A program made the position numbers and the translations under genes. DNA of 63,477 nt, the filler included, from Welwitschia mirabilis (Eukaryota), in assembly GCA_051453625.1 (NCBI GenBank). It is 4 parts of one record of this genome, joined end to end, with 100 filler letters (N's around TTAATTAATTAA, not from the genome) between each part and the next. Parts side by side here need not be neighbours in the genome. Positions count along the whole stretch, not along the records: positions 1 to 31,178 come from JBOZIK010000001.1; 3 more parts are not named here. The stretch is one strand, 5' to 3'. The notes under the pieces were generated by a model. That model saw only the letters and a list, made by a program, of their open reading frames with translations. It did not search any database and was not told where the DNA came from. Below, in pieces: positions 1 through 13,780 of the stretch. Each line of letters begins with the position of its first letter. The first letter of the stretch is position 1.

Positions 1-764
1 ATGGCCCCCTTTAGATGAGTGCAACCAAATAAATTGAAAATGTTTTTTAGTCACATCTTGTAATGCATTTTGGAATATGTGATAGTATATTTTGGATCAT
101 TTGGCATTACATTCTTAGATTGTAATGGTCACATTTCGTTTCTTCTTGATAATCCTATATTGTGCTTTAAATCCTCTTACCTAAACCTTGCCATGGATCA
201 TAGTGGGAACTATGAAGGTTATAGTCCTTGTGTCATGCTCGCATGTGCAAGACTTACTGTGAAGGAAGACCTTGGAATAAGCAAGCTGATGCAAGATGAA
301 TTAAGTGACATTTTTCATGCTTATGATTTAGATGCATCTATTTATTTGAAGGATCTTAGGTATTTTAATAAAATTTTGGTTATTGTACTAAGATTTATTT
401 TAGCATTAATGAAGTGTTATACATACATGAATATATTAGCAATGTATTTATCTCCCTTTTATTAGAAGGATTACAAGTGTTATTAAATCTCCCTTAATGC
501 AAATTTATATGTCTATGCTTGTGCTTTATAGATTTATTATACTCTTAATTTAAGACATAGATGGTATATTTAAAAATAACATGCAGTTGAGATTATTCAT
601 TATTTATAGCAAAGTAATTCTTAACTATCTTTATAGTAGAGATGTTTTAAATCAAGTAACATTCATAGTTATTAGATTAAAATTTAGGATGTTATGCTTC
701 AGTATAATTAAGCTTAAAGTAATTTTTTGTAAATTTTAAGACATTATAGAGCATTGTTTAAAGC
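1..764 (+). repeat. Part of Tekay-like 5' LTR (continues at 8590-8619)
   Basis: Colinear similarity to 15072-15839; ORFs 70-465 and 15130-15603 translate to similar peptides because they are LTR copies. Confidence 0.85.
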
Positions 765-2269
765 TATTGGAAGATCTAGTTTTGATGATTTCACTTCTAA
801 AACATTTTGTATCACTATGTAGACAGGTTACTATAGGTAACTTAGATCTTAATGGGTACTAGATCATAATGGATATTTAAAGATAACATATTATAAAAAG
901 GATCAAATGCTAAACAACAAAATAAATTGTTTGAAAACAATTGAAAAATTTAAGACCTCTCAAGTAAAGATGTTTGGAAATCTAAAAACCTCTTACAGGT
1001 ACTAGAAAACAAGTGACAGGCTAAAAGATAACTACTATAGTTAAGACAACTGAACTAAATGTTGAACATAACATAAATAAATACATCTACATATTTTAAG
1101 AGATCTATATTGAGCTAAAATAGGTAATAGAGTTAATTTTATTTTTGACTAATATCTTACATTTTAAGTGATCTAAGAACTTGTACATTGCAGATTCATA
1201 ATTATAAAGGCACAAAGATTCTATAGTGTAAATTTCATCAAAACCTAGATAAGTTGACTCAAACATTTACAAAATTAAATATGTTTGAATAGTAAACATC
1301 TAAAAAGTGAAGACATCTAGAGTGAAGACATCTATAAACTTAAAGACATTTTAAACTCAAGTTCATATTGATTACAAAAAAACATTACATACTCAAGTCT
1401 TAGATGTTGATTCTCTGCTATACAATGATTATAGAATTAGACGGCTACCTTTTAAGATTAATATTATGAGACAAATAATAAATTTTTGGCACTTCATTGA
1501 ATCAATCAAATATATATATATTCAAAAGCATGAGTTAAGGGAACCTCTTATGAAGAAATCAAAGGATTCATTATCAAGAAACTAATATTGCTTTTTATCT
1601 CTTAGACTTAGATCTTCATTACTTTACTTTTTCTTCATACTTGTGATAATAAAAACAACTTTAAGAAGCTTAAATCTCCATCAAAGTAATATATTTAGGA
1701 TTATTATTATATTTTATTTTTGGTTTTTCACTATGGACTATATTATTATTGATATTATAATAAAGTCCAATTTCTTAAATATCAAATACTTTATAAGGCA
1801 ACCCTTGTCAGGGTATGAATTTGACATTGTACTTTTAGGTACTTGGTTGATGTTAGATTATTGATGAGTTAAAAAATCATTATTTCCTTGCAAGGAAGAG
1901 AGTGATCCCTTATGATAAGACTCTCATTATTGTAATGGTTTGTATTGTACTTATGAAAACCACTATTATAGAGAGTGCTGCCTTTCAAGGAGACTCTCAT
2001 TGTTGTGAAGTTCTACGATGCACTTGAGAAAACCACTATTTACTTAAGAAGAAAAAAGTACTACCTTATAAGAAGACTCCTACTTATTGTAAGATTGATG
2101 ATGTTCTAGAAAACTGCTATTTTTTCGTAGATCAAGAATATTTGAAGGTGTGAGTAAAAGCTATCCTTTGTATGTAGACCTATGTAGGTTGTAAAATCAT
2201 GTTATTAGTTTTAACTTTTATTTGATGTAAATCATTTACCCCTCTCCTCTAAGTTTAAATCAATTCTTA
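765..2269 (+). repeat. 5' LTR of SIRE-like copia
   Basis: Starts TATTGGAAGATCTAGTTT, ends AATCAATTCTTA; colinear with 6993-8584; contains AGACATCT motifs and three ~75-bp repeats at ~1905-2120. Confidence 0.9.
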
Positions 2270-2282
2270 AGCGGTATCAAAG
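2270..2282 (+). promoter_or_regulatory. Primer binding site (initiator tRNA-Met type)
   Basis: AGCGGTATCAAAG immediately after the LTR, a variant of TGGTATCAGAGC. Confidence 0.85.
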
Positions 2283-2319
2283 TAGGTACTCATGAAAAAG
2301 AGTAACTTTCTTAAGTGAA

Positions 2320-5300
2320 CTATGAAAGGGATGCCATCCATTAGACCTTTGTTCTTCAAATGAACAAACTATGCCTATTAGGAGATGAGGATATGGATGT
2401 TCTTATAATTTTATGAGTTTTACATTTGAATAAACAAAGACAAAAGATTCAAAAAAACTAAAATAAGAAGAAAAATTTCTAATGAAGAAACTTATCCTAT
2501 TCTTATGGTCATTACTCATTCTCAAGAAGAAAAAGATGAGATAAAAGAAGAAGATGAAATAGATTACAAGGATGGCATAGGTTTGGATCTTTAAGAAAGA
2601 TATGAAATAATTTCTAAAGAGTGTATTAAACCAGAAAAGGTATGTATTAAATTGAGAAAGTTACTTCATTCTCATGAAAAATATTATAAACAAGAAAAGA
2701 ATATCAATAATAAATTATCTTTAAAAAAATCAACTGTTAAAGCTAAGATTAGTAGACTAACATGTGAATTGAAGTTTGTAAGATAGAAACTATCTAATTC
2801 AAAGAAGATTAATAAGAAAGTTACCCAAGGCAAGAAGACCTTGAATGTTATGCTTGGACAGTGTAAACAATCAAAGGACAAAAATTGCTTGGGATCCAAT
2901 GAAGTTATAATAAACACTTTAATCTTCTTACTCTACAATTGGAACTGTAGGCTGAGGTATCAACACTTTATGTATATAAATAATATTACTTATTATTATT
3001 ATAATAGTAGAGGTTATTATCAACATATATGTCTCATGAAATTTAAAATAAAATATTATACTAACAATTCCAAAAGGCTAAGTAGAATGGTATAATGTTT
3101 TGTCCAAGATAAACCAAGAAAATTATGAGCACTAAAATAAAAAATAGCACTTTCATAGCAGTGAAGAAGAACACATGTTATGTTGATAGTGGTTACTCAA
3201 GGCATACGACTGTAAATCCAGCTTTACCACCTTTGTGAAACAAGACAAGGGAGCTATAACCTTTGGAGATAACACAAAAGAACCAATTAAAGGTTTTGGA
3301 AAAATTGAAGGATGTAATTTATAAGATAAAAGATGTATTTTTTAATAAGGTTTGCAATATAATATCTTAAGTGTAAGTTAACTCTGTGATGTAGATTTTT
3401 TTGTTACATTTACAAAAAATTATTGTATTATAAGAGAACAAAATACTACTAAAGTCTTATTTGCTAGAGTAAGGATATCAAATTTTTACATTACCACCTT
3501 ACAAGATATATCTAACAATGTAATCAAACACTTTCTTAGTAAAATAGATGAAGCAGAGCTATGGCATAGGAAGCTTGATCATGTAAACAAAGATCTTCTC
3601 AAAGTCTTGTCTATAAATAAATTAGTAAGAGAACTTTCCAAATTTAAAAACATTGATAATCAGATTATAAAGCTTATCAAAAAGGAAAGTGGACAAATTG
3701 ATAGGAAAAATGTTATCTCTATTAAAAGTTAATTAGATCTCTTACATTTAGACATTATTACTCTTTCATCCACAAAAAACTTAGGTAAGAAAAGGTATTG
3801 CTTGATAATTATAGATGATTATTTTTATTTTACATGGTAATCCTCCTTGCGCATAAGGATGAGGCTTTTAATTATTTTTCTAAGTTGTTCATTAAGTTAC
3901 AAAATCAAAAGGGACATAGAATTAAAATAATAAGAAGTAATAATTACAGCAATTTCAAAAATGTAAAATTTAGAGAATTCTATAAACACTTTGGCATTCT
4001 ACATTAATTATTTGCTCCAAGAACTCCCTAACAAAATGACGTAGCTAAAATAAAAAAATATATTTTTCAATTATATGATAAGGGCAATGACAAAAAAAGT
4101 TTCATATTATTTTTGGGTAGAAGTAATCCATACAACATGTTTTAAAATATTCACTTGTAAAACTTCCTATGAGTTATGGTTAGATAGAAAAATTCTATTA
4201 ATTACTTCCATATATTTAATTCAAAATTCTTTATTCTAAATAAAAGGAAAAACTTGAGAAACTTTTATTCAAAAGTTAATAAAGGAATTTTTCTAGGATA
4301 TTCTATGGTTAGTAAAGCTTATAGAGTATACAATAATAAGATCCATGTAGTTGAGAAAATGATAAATGTTAAAATAAATGATATTGAGTTAAATCCTATG
4401 AATATGAAAGATGATTATAATCCTATGAAAATTATTCAATTCTCTAGACAATCTCAAGTTCAATTTGATTGTGAGTAAGAAAAAGAAGAAAAATTAGAAA
4501 AGGAAAATCAATCAACCATGATAAGGCTAAAGAAGAGTTACTCAATAAGTGACATTATAGGAAGTCCTTATGGAGGAATTCAAACTAGAAGTCGTACTAG
4601 ACAATTTTATGGTTATGTAGCTTATATTTCTGAAGTTAAACCTAAAACTTTCAAAGAAGTAGAAAATAATGAATGTTGGATGATTGCTATGCAAGAGGAG
4701 ATTAATCAATTTGAAAGATGTAATATTTGGGAACCTATTATAAGACCTTTTAACAAATTAGTTATTGTCACTAAGTGGTTTTTCAAAAACAAAATAAATG
4801 AGCATGGAAATATCATTAGAAACAAAGAAAGGTTAGTAGCAAAAGGTTACAATCAACAAGAAAGAATTAACTTTGAATAAACCTTTACTCCTGTGGCATA
4901 TATGGAATCAATAAGAATGCTTCTAATTTTATAAAAGATTTTAAACTTTATCAAGTAGATGTCAAAAATGCATTTTTTAATAGGAATCTTCAAGAAGAAG
5001 CATATGTTAAACAATTAAATGGATTAATTAACTCACAAAAATCTAATCATGTATACAAATTAAAGAAGGCTCTCTATGATCTTAAAAAAGCTCTAGGAGC
5101 CAGGTATGAGAAACTCTTAAATCATTTAATTAAAAATGGCTTTAAAAGAGGTACATCAAATGTGACATTATTCATTAAAAAGGATGGTCAAGATTTTGTT
5201 ATTATTTAGATTTATGTAGATGATATTATTTTTAGTACTACTAATGAATCATTACATAAGAAGTTTGCTAAGATTATGCAGGATGAATTTGAAATGAGTC

Positions 5301-6170
5301 TTATGGGAAAAATAAGAAACTTCTTTAGACTTTAAGTTATGTAACATAAGTAAATCACATTTATTTCATAAGCAAAATATATTAAAAATTTTCTAGTTAA
5401 ATATGATTTATAGGATTGCAAAGGAAAATACACTCTCATAAATCAAAACACAAAATTAGACAAAGATGAAAAATATAAGAAAGTGGATCAAAAACTATAT
5501 AGAAGTATGGTTGGTAGTTTATTATATCTTTTAGGTAGTAGACCTGATATTATGTTAAGTGTAGGAATTTGTGCATATTATCAAAGTGATCCTAGGGAAT
5601 CGCATCTTATAGCTATCAAAATAATTTTTCATTACTTAAAAGGTATTACTAATTAGATCCTTTGATAGTAAAAAAAAATAAACTTCTCACTTGATCTTGT
5701 AAGTTACTGTGATGTAAATTGGGTTGAAAGCAAAGATGGAGAAAGAAGCACAAGTGGAATGTGCTTTTTACTTAGACAATATCTAATTTCCTAGAGTAAT
5801 AAACAACAAAACTCAAGTACTTTATCTACATCCAAAGCTGAGTATATTACTATAGGGAGTTGCTATGCACAACTTCTATGGATGAATAAAACATTAAAAG
5901 ATTTTGATCTCTTCATGAACAACATTTCTATCTACTATGATAACAAGAATGTCATCAATATATCCCAAAATCCTATACAACACTTAAGAATCAAGCACAT
6001 TAATGTTTGACATCGCTTTCTCAAAGAACATGTTCATATATAAATATTACAATGCAGTACATAAGTAAAAATGATCAACTTGTAGATGTTTTTAAAAAAC
6101 CTCAGTACTGAAAGATATACAAAGTTATGCAAGAATTTGGGTATTAGGCCTTACCCAATCAGGTAAGTAA
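2320..6170 (+). pseudogene. Copia gag-pol pseudogene (partly deleted gag, protease, GAG-pre-integrase, integrase, RT, RNase H)
   Basis: YVDSGYSRHTT (~3180), ELWHRKLDHVN (~3555), KGIFLGYSMVSKAYRVYN (ORF 4254), WMIAMQEEINQFER and RLVAKGYNQQE (ORF 4518), IYVDDIIF (~5210), RPDIMLSVG, KHINV; many stops and frameshifts. Confidence 0.95.
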
Positions 6171-6977
6171 ATAGGTAATTTCTTTGAATTTCTCAACTTA
6201 TATTTATTTTATGAGTTGAAATTATGATTTTGATATAGTTAAAGTTAAACTATGTGCTTTGTATTTATCTTTTCAAAGTGGTATTGTTATGATTGCAATA
6301 GTCATAGATATTTTTAAAAGATTTTGAAACACTCATTATAGACATCTTCATATTTGTAGATGTCTTTGATAAAGATGTCTTAAGAACTATAAATGTCTTT
6401 GACTATACTATTGACTAAAAATAATTAGCAAAGCTTTAGTTAGTACCTCTAAAGACACATGTGTAGAGGAAGCTTCATACTCTTGAATCTATATTATTTT
6501 TTTCTACTATCCAAAAAAGGGAAGAATACGTAGTAAATTAATGGCTTTTAGTTGGGTACATTTTTACAATAATTAATGATCTGATTTTCATGATGTATTC
6601 TATGCTATGATATACTTTGCTTAATGAATTATTAATTATGGTTATGTCTTTATTTGATTAAATAAATGACTCATCAATAGGTCTCATCTATTTTTTTCAA
6701 GAGGTATATCTATCTGATTTTATTTTTAAGTGATAAATATCATGATCCTCAAATATCATTTTAAATTTAATTATGTGTTTTTTCTTTAGAATATAAAATG
6801 TATCTTATTTTAGTTCTTCAAGTGGTATCTGTTTATATGCTTTCATCTTATTTCAAGTAGTGGATATCATATTTATTACAACTAGTGATTATGTACATTT
6901 CTTCAAAATAATAATCTCTAATTTTAATTGATTAGTTGAGATTGTACTAATGAGATTTACTGAGTTTTGGATATTAC

Positions 6978-6992
6978 AAAAAAGGGGGAGAT
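6978..6992 (+). promoter_or_regulatory. Polypurine tract
   Basis: AAAAAAGGGGGAGAT abutting the 3' LTR; a second PPT-like CCAAAAAAGGGAAGAAT at ~6511. Confidence 0.9.
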
Positions 6993-8584
6993 TATTGGAA
7001 AATCTAGTTTAATGACTCCACTTGTTAAACATTTTATTTCATTGTGTAGACAAGTTCTTATAGGTAAATCAAACCTATGGGCACTAGATCATTATGGAAC
7101 TTTAGAGACAACATATTATGAAAAGGATTAGATGCTAAATAGCAAAATCAATTGTTAAAAGACATCTAGAAAAATTAAAAAATCTCAAGTGAAGATATCT
7201 AGATATCTAAAGATGTCTTGCATGTACTAGAAAATAAGTGACATGCTAAAAGTGGCTATAATATTCAAGATGACTAAACTAAAAGTTTAAGTAAATACAA
7301 ATGAAGATGTCTACATATTTGAAGATGTCTATATTAAGCTAAAATAAGTAATAGAGTTAATTTGGTTTTTGACTAATATCTTACATTTCAAATGAGCTAT
7401 GAACTTCTACATCATAAATTCATGATCACAAAGGTCTAACGAATCTATAGTGTAAGTTTCATCAAAATATGGGCAAGTTAACTCAAAACATCTACAAAAG
7501 TGAAGACGTCTAAAGAGTACACATCTACAAAAGTGAAGATATCTAGAGTGAATATTTCTACAAAATTAAAGATGTCTTGAACTAAAGTTCATATCAATTA
7601 AAAGAGAAGTTATATGCCAAAGCTTAAACATTGACTATCTATTACATGATGGTGACAAAATCAAATGGCTATATTTCAAGCTCAAGTAGCTAGATCTTCT
7701 TCAACTGTATAAAGACTTAACATCATAAAATAAAGAAAACTTTTTAATACTTTACTAAATAATCAAATATATATATATCTTCAAAAGCATTAGTTAAGGG
7801 AACCTCTCATGAAGAAATCAAAGGATTCATTGGTAAAGATCTTATATTATTTTTATCTCTTGAACTTGAATATTCATTGCTTCACTCTTCATTCATACTC
7901 ATGACAATAATAATAACTTCAAAGAACTCAAATCTTCATCAAAGTAATATCTTTAAGCTTTTTATTATATTCTATTTTTTTATTATTCATTACAAACTAT
8001 CTTATTATTAAATATTATTGTAAAGTCCAATTTCTTCAGTATCAAATACTTTATAAGGCAACCTTATAGGGATATGCATTTGACATTGTGCTTTTAGACA
8101 ATTGATTGATGTAAGGTTATTAGTGAGCCATAAAATCATTATTCCCTTATGAGGAAGAAATTTCTACATTATGAAGATACTCTCACTATTACAAAGGTTT
8201 GTGATGTACCTATGAAAAACATTATTTCCTTAAGAGGGAGAGAGAGTGCTACCTTTTAAGGAGACTCTCACTATTATGAAGGTCCTTGATGCATCTAAGA
8301 AAACCACTAATTCCTTGGGGGAAATAAAGTGCTACCTTATAAAAAAACTTTCGCTTATTGTAACATTAATGATGTGCTAGAAAACAACTATTTTCTTATA
8401 GGTCAAGAATATCTAAAGATGTGAGTAAAAGCTATCCTCTATGTATGGATATACCCAGGTTGGGAAACTAAGTTATTTGTAAGATGTTTTTAATGGTGCA
8501 TTCTCACATAGTTTTGTTATTAGTTTTAATTTTTATTTGGTGAAACTCATTTGTTCCTTTCCTTTGAGTTCAAATCAATCCTCA
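6993..8584 (+). repeat. 3' LTR of SIRE-like copia
   Basis: Starts TATTGGAAAATCTAGTTT, ends AATCAATCCTCA, followed by the TSD. Confidence 0.9.
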
Positions 8585-8620
8585 AAAGCCTTAGCTTATA
8601 AAAAATTTAGAACATTACAT

Positions 8621-8633
8621 TTAGGTATCAAAG
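8621..8633 (+). promoter_or_regulatory. PBS (tRNA-Met type) of the Tekay-like element
   Basis: TTAGGTATCAAAG directly after LTR end ACATTACA (8619). Confidence 0.75.
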
Positions 8634-9069
8634 TACTTAGGTTGTGATTTTACTAGGAATAATGGTTATGAAGTCATTACATAATTTCAACATCAAAGCC
8701 TAGAGTTTAAAACCTAGAAATGTCTTAATATACCATGAAAATAGTAAATACAATTTAAGATTAGCTGGTGATACACCAAAAATAAGCTTTCTTTAAAAAA
8801 AAAAAATTGAAATGTTCTCAGAAGACATGAATTAAGTACAATAATATGATAAATGATTTTTAGAAAACATTACAATTCATTTATGTTCTTAAAATTGTAC
8901 TAAATATATCACATGAAAAAAATGAAAATGTTCTAGATATGATGGCAAAACTTTAATTCTCCCTCATTATTCACAAGAGCATTAATTATTTAGAGAACAC
9001 AGTCAAGTATGAGGCATGAATGAGTAGTCAAGTCTATATGGCACTAATTTTTTCATTTCTATTATTACT

Positions 9070-9330
9070 TTGACTAATGGATGGTAATTCTAAATGACTC
9101 TTTACCTTACACATGCTTCATATCTATCGATAATAATAATGAAGTTTTGGAATCCATTTCCTCTTTGTTGATACTTGGTCGATGTTAGAATTTATGATTT
9201 CTAAAATATCTATTGATTATAGCTCATTTGACAATGGGAATAACTTAGGATGAAAAGTTTTTAGTTAATTTTTATTTTAACATTTTCAAAGACATTCATC
9301 AATCCATAATCTAAAAAGTTGGGACTCGAT
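9070..9330 (+). pseudogene. Possible gypsy aspartic protease remnant
   Basis: VILNDSLPYTCFIS loosely resembles LFDSGATHSFIS; EKFLVNF further on; position after the PBS fits. Confidence 0.35.
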
Positions 9331-12300
9331 GAATTTTCTCGACCTTTTACTGATAGTCAAAAATACCAGTGGAATGATAGAAGGATCATGTGACTTGTCC
9401 CTATTGCCTTTCCTCTTCCTTTTTTGATTCCCAACTTTAAACCTAAAAAAATTTTTCTTTCCATGTTCAATTTAAATGTTGTGAGTAGCATTGAATTGGA
9501 GCCAATGCTACAAAGTGTGCAAGCAATGGGAGACTTGAATTATAAGTGGTGACTTGGCTGATGAATCAGGGTTTACAAGTGTGAGTTGAATGAAAAGAGT
9601 GAAAAAGCTTATTCAATTTTAAATGCTAATAAATTAATAAAGTCATGCAATAAAGCATTTCATAAGTAATGTTGGATAACCTAATGTGCTGCAAGTCTAA
9701 GAGAGATTTTCATAAGGATATTAGATTATGTCACAAACTAGTTAATCTAGCTTAGGTGCTACTTTCCCTTGACTACCATCTATATTAACCTCTAAGCTAC
9801 AGATTCACCTTCTTACTAGTTGCACTATTATATGTGGATGTATTCTCTACTACATTTCACTCTTTGACTTTCGCAAGCGTACCTAATGTGGTGTTCATTT
9901 TCTACATCTCTTCCCTTAATCGTGGACCTAAAGTCACTCTTTAACATGCCCTTGAATATATCACCTTCTACTTATTAGCTTGTTGTGTCTAAAGATCCTT
10001 TTGTTTGGTGGTTGCCTACACTGTTGACCCATTGATGTATTACTATTATAGTTCTTATGTCCTTGCTACCTTCCTCTATGTCCCTATTTGTTTGATGCTA
10101 TGCCCTCCATTATTATGTCTTTTTTCTATAGTTCATGTGGTTTGTGTGAGTGGGTCTATTCTTCCTTCAACTACTTTTCATATAGTGATCATTTCACTAG
10201 ATTGTTTGCCCTTCTAAAGTACTGCCTTGTTTACCTACTCTCCATTGGTTATCAGGATGTCATTAATATTATTACCCTTGATTTCTATTTTCTATTTTCA
10301 CTCTCTCTAATATCCCTCTCGCCTGCTACACTATTGTCTATACCCACTTTATGAACCACCATCTGATCTACTAGTCTATTAAAGAATAATTTCAAGAAAC
10401 TTTCCTCTTATTAAAATTTGAGTGTCTACTTTAGGTAGCTCTACTAAATGAAGAAATTTCCTCTTGCAAACTCTTTTAGAATAATAACTCTTAATTGTGA
10501 ATACTTTTAATTTTTATAGTCTTTATTAAAAGAAGTTCTTGTAAATGACTATCTAAGCAACTCTTAAGATAGTTTGCTATGGCTTTGGATCATTAACTTG
10601 ACAATAATATAGCATGATAGAGCTGGTAACCTTCATTCAAAATGGAAGTAGAAATTAAATAGGGACAATAAAAGTTAAGTAATAAATAGAAATCAAACTT
10701 TCATATAGCATAAGAAGACATAACACACAATAAAAGGGAAAAAATATAAAAATCAAGGTAGTCTTTGTAATAGATAGAAATCAAACTGACATGCAGCATA
10801 AGAAGACATAAAACATAATAGAAGGAAGAAAAATCAAATATAGAAATCATTTTAGTACTTGTAATAGAATTACTTTCAAGCATCTCTTAAGCTTTTGATG
10901 CAACAACTCTATATCTCTTAAAGTATTGAGTCTGTGTGTGTGAAATCATTTTAAAGTTCTACTTAGCTTAGAGATAAAGAGTATAGCTAGTTATCTTTTA
11001 AATTTGAAAGTTCTCAAGGCATCATAGTCCCATTCTCCTACCTTATTTTGTTCCTTAGTGTTTAGAAGCTCTCCATGACTTTGTTTCAAGTGTATTTTGC
11101 CATTGCTGGATACGTGTTTGGGTTTCCTTCTTAGCTATTATGGTAGTTGTAATAGAATAATAATAGTCCACCTTGAAGATTACATAAAAACAAACACCAC
11201 CTCTCAACTTGAAAAACTCCTTATTTGCTTCAGAAGTGAAGTATTAGAAGCCACAAAATATAGTCTTTTCTATAATAAAGAAATTTACAAGTATTTAATC
11301 ACGAAGATAGATAGCTATAAAAAATTTAATAGTAGAGCAAGCAAAGCATTTCACTTGTAAAAGAATTAAATTCCACAAAAATAATAAAGAAATATTTGAG
11401 GTCATGGGAAAAAGTTCTAATGGTTACAATAAGGAAAGGCTATCATTCATATTTAAGAGCTCATTATTGGGGTGGCATCGGTTAATGGTAATAAACACTT
11501 TTTTTTTCCTTCTTCTTCTTCTTCTTCTCATGGCTATAAGCATTGAAGGCATGATCACCATGTAAGGAAGAGAAAACAATAACCAAACTAAATAAGATAA
11601 AATATTTTAAAGAGAAATGTTTGATATTTTTCCTTTCCATTTTTGTTTCTCTTTCTCTTCAATTTTAAATCTAAATTAGAACCTAATATAAAGTAATTAA
11701 GAACTTATAAAAGTTGTGTAGTCAATAATTCACATTGTTCGAGGTTGTGGCTATGTTTGGAGTATCGCAAGTCCTTTTGTTGAGTGAGATATGTTATCTT
11801 AAATCATTAATATTTATTACTTTTAACTGCTTTTGTAAATGAAAGATTTTTCTATGTCTTCGCTTAAAACCACATGCATTAAATAGTTTGTTACTGATCT
11901 ATGTTATTTCTTGATCTTTTTGTATCATGTGGTTTAGAAGGATTATGGTACTTTTGATCAAACATTCCTTTGTACTTTTAAAACTTCTATAGAAAATTAG
12001 TAAATATTATTAATGAAACTATAAATTTATTGGTACTTTTAGATACTCTTACCATTATGTTTAATATAATGTGGATTTTAAATGTAAATTTAAAATATCA
12101 ATCTTGCTACTCTTGCAATTTTACCATCATATATTTAATATTATTTTATGTTTTGAAATAGTGATTTTTTTTTTTTTACTGTGCTACTAGTTATGCAATG
12201 ATACAAGCTAACCAAAACTAAAATTACTAGCTATTGCACTTTTGACATAATGATGAAATTACAAAGTTTTTATTTGTTGATCTAGCAAAATGATTTGGTC

Positions 12301-13459
12301 AATGGAAGGCAAAAGCAATTTGAGGAAGTTTAGAATGAGGATCCTAAATTATGGCTTTGTTATACATGTAGATTTTACATACTAAGTTCTTCATAATTCT
12401 ATATATTTTAATTGATTTTATCCTCCCTAAGATTTAAGTTATGAATTCAGTTTAAATGATAATCTTTGATTTCAAATGGAATCCATGGGTTTTGCATTAC
12501 CATTAAGATATATCTTCTACCTTAATACCTACTTCCTTTATTCTTTGATATCTTCTATTTATAGAGACATCTTATAATCAATGAGAAGGTAGAATCTTTT
12601 AATGCCTTAAACTTAAGAGCAATGTACAAACATTTTATAACACCTTATACAAATCTTCAACATCTTCTCTCTATGTGTGGAATGATCACTAGACAAAGTA
12701 TTAGTTCATTTGATTAGATGTCTTAATTTCTTAGCTTATCTTAGTAACCTATATATCATTGTTAACAAATTTCCAAATAATTCTTTTTTTAAAATTTTCT
12801 CATATTCCTTGACTAATTATTTATATTAATTGAGTCTTCTTTCCTAGTTACCATTGGCCTACATCTAGTAATTCTAGCTACATAACAAGTCTATAATAAG
12901 CTAATAATATTATTATATGATCAAAACTTGTAGTCTTATTTGGATGAAATATGCACATAAAGCTAGATTTTGGTTACTCTCAATTAATCTTGTCTATTTG
13001 TTTGGTCTATGCTTATATAACTTTGGCCTTATTTCACACATTTTATTCTTGATTTGTTAGAGTACTATATTATACATATTAATTTTTGAAGTGGAAATTC
13101 AACTACAATCTATAAATAGAATTGTCAAAGAGGAATTTAAAGAAGCACATAACAAAGGAGTATAAAGTGTAAGAAACTTACAATTTATGAAGTTAGGCTT
13201 AAGCAATTTCCGTATAACATCTTTTGAGGTGAGTATCACAATTTGAACTGAGAGATTATTATGTTGCAATACTTGATTTTATAATTTAGATCTAATAGTC
13301 CAAGCTTATTTTGGTTTTGGTTAAAGCAAGAAGATAATTAAGATATTTTTCCTTATGAAAATGAATGGTGTTTAACTATATATAATTATATTTAATTATG
13401 TTCTTAGAGTTCTTTATAAAAGAAATATTGCAGCCTCTATTTAGCCTCTCATGAAAGAT

Positions 13460-13780
13460 ATATTAGTTCATAATGTTTTCCATAATTGAGTAATTATTTT
13501 AACCTTAGAAAATAAGGAAGATTAGAAGGTCATGTACAACAAAATAGCTTTGTAAATTTTGAAGTTGATATACATAGTAAAATATTAGAGCATATGCCAC
13601 AAAGTCAAAGTAAAGGGTAGAGGAAGAAGAGAGTTTCTAGCAGATCTATGGATAACATCCTAAACTTTTTCAACCATTTATGACATTAAAGGAAGATAAA
13701 TTCAACTTTGTAAGTATAACAATTACAAGAGATAGAAATAGAAGCTACTTGAGAATATAAAATAGATGTATTATAGCTTA
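13460..13780 (+). pseudogene. Gypsy integrase C-terminus and chromodomain remnant
   Basis: VHNVFH (~13466), RGRREFL (~13621), EAT*E matching EATWE (13741), immediately upstream of the PPT. Confidence 0.65.

Larger units (their letters stand above)
765..8584 (+). mobile_element. Full-length degenerate Ty1/copia retrotransposon, SIRE/Maximus-like
   Basis: Two homologous LTRs (765-2269, 6993-8584), 5-bp TSD AAAGC (760-764, 8585-8589), Met-type PBS, PPT AAAAAGGGGGAGAT, domain order gag-PR-INT-RT-RH. Confidence 0.95.

Noticed and set aside
70..465. 131-aa ORF with a paralogue at 15130-15603
   Set aside because: Both lie in sister LTRs, so similarity is expected; the second copy is broken by a stop and no domain is recognisable.
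6170..6977. Sirevirus env-like ORF after pol
   Set aside because: Only ~800 bp, AT-rich, with no ORF remnant detectable.
9130..9390. NB-LRR-like peptide QLFRLWIDE on the minus strand
   Set aside because: Single short match with wrong spacing to the next motif; a plus-strand protease remnant fits the context better.
9720..10370. Inverted homology to 39300-39960
   Set aside because: Only scattered short word matches by eye; cannot be separated from compositional similarity.
12916..13240. Small solo LTR (TATGAT...ATCACA with TATA box)
   Set aside because: No matching TSD and the start is uncertain; left within the unexplained cargo finding.
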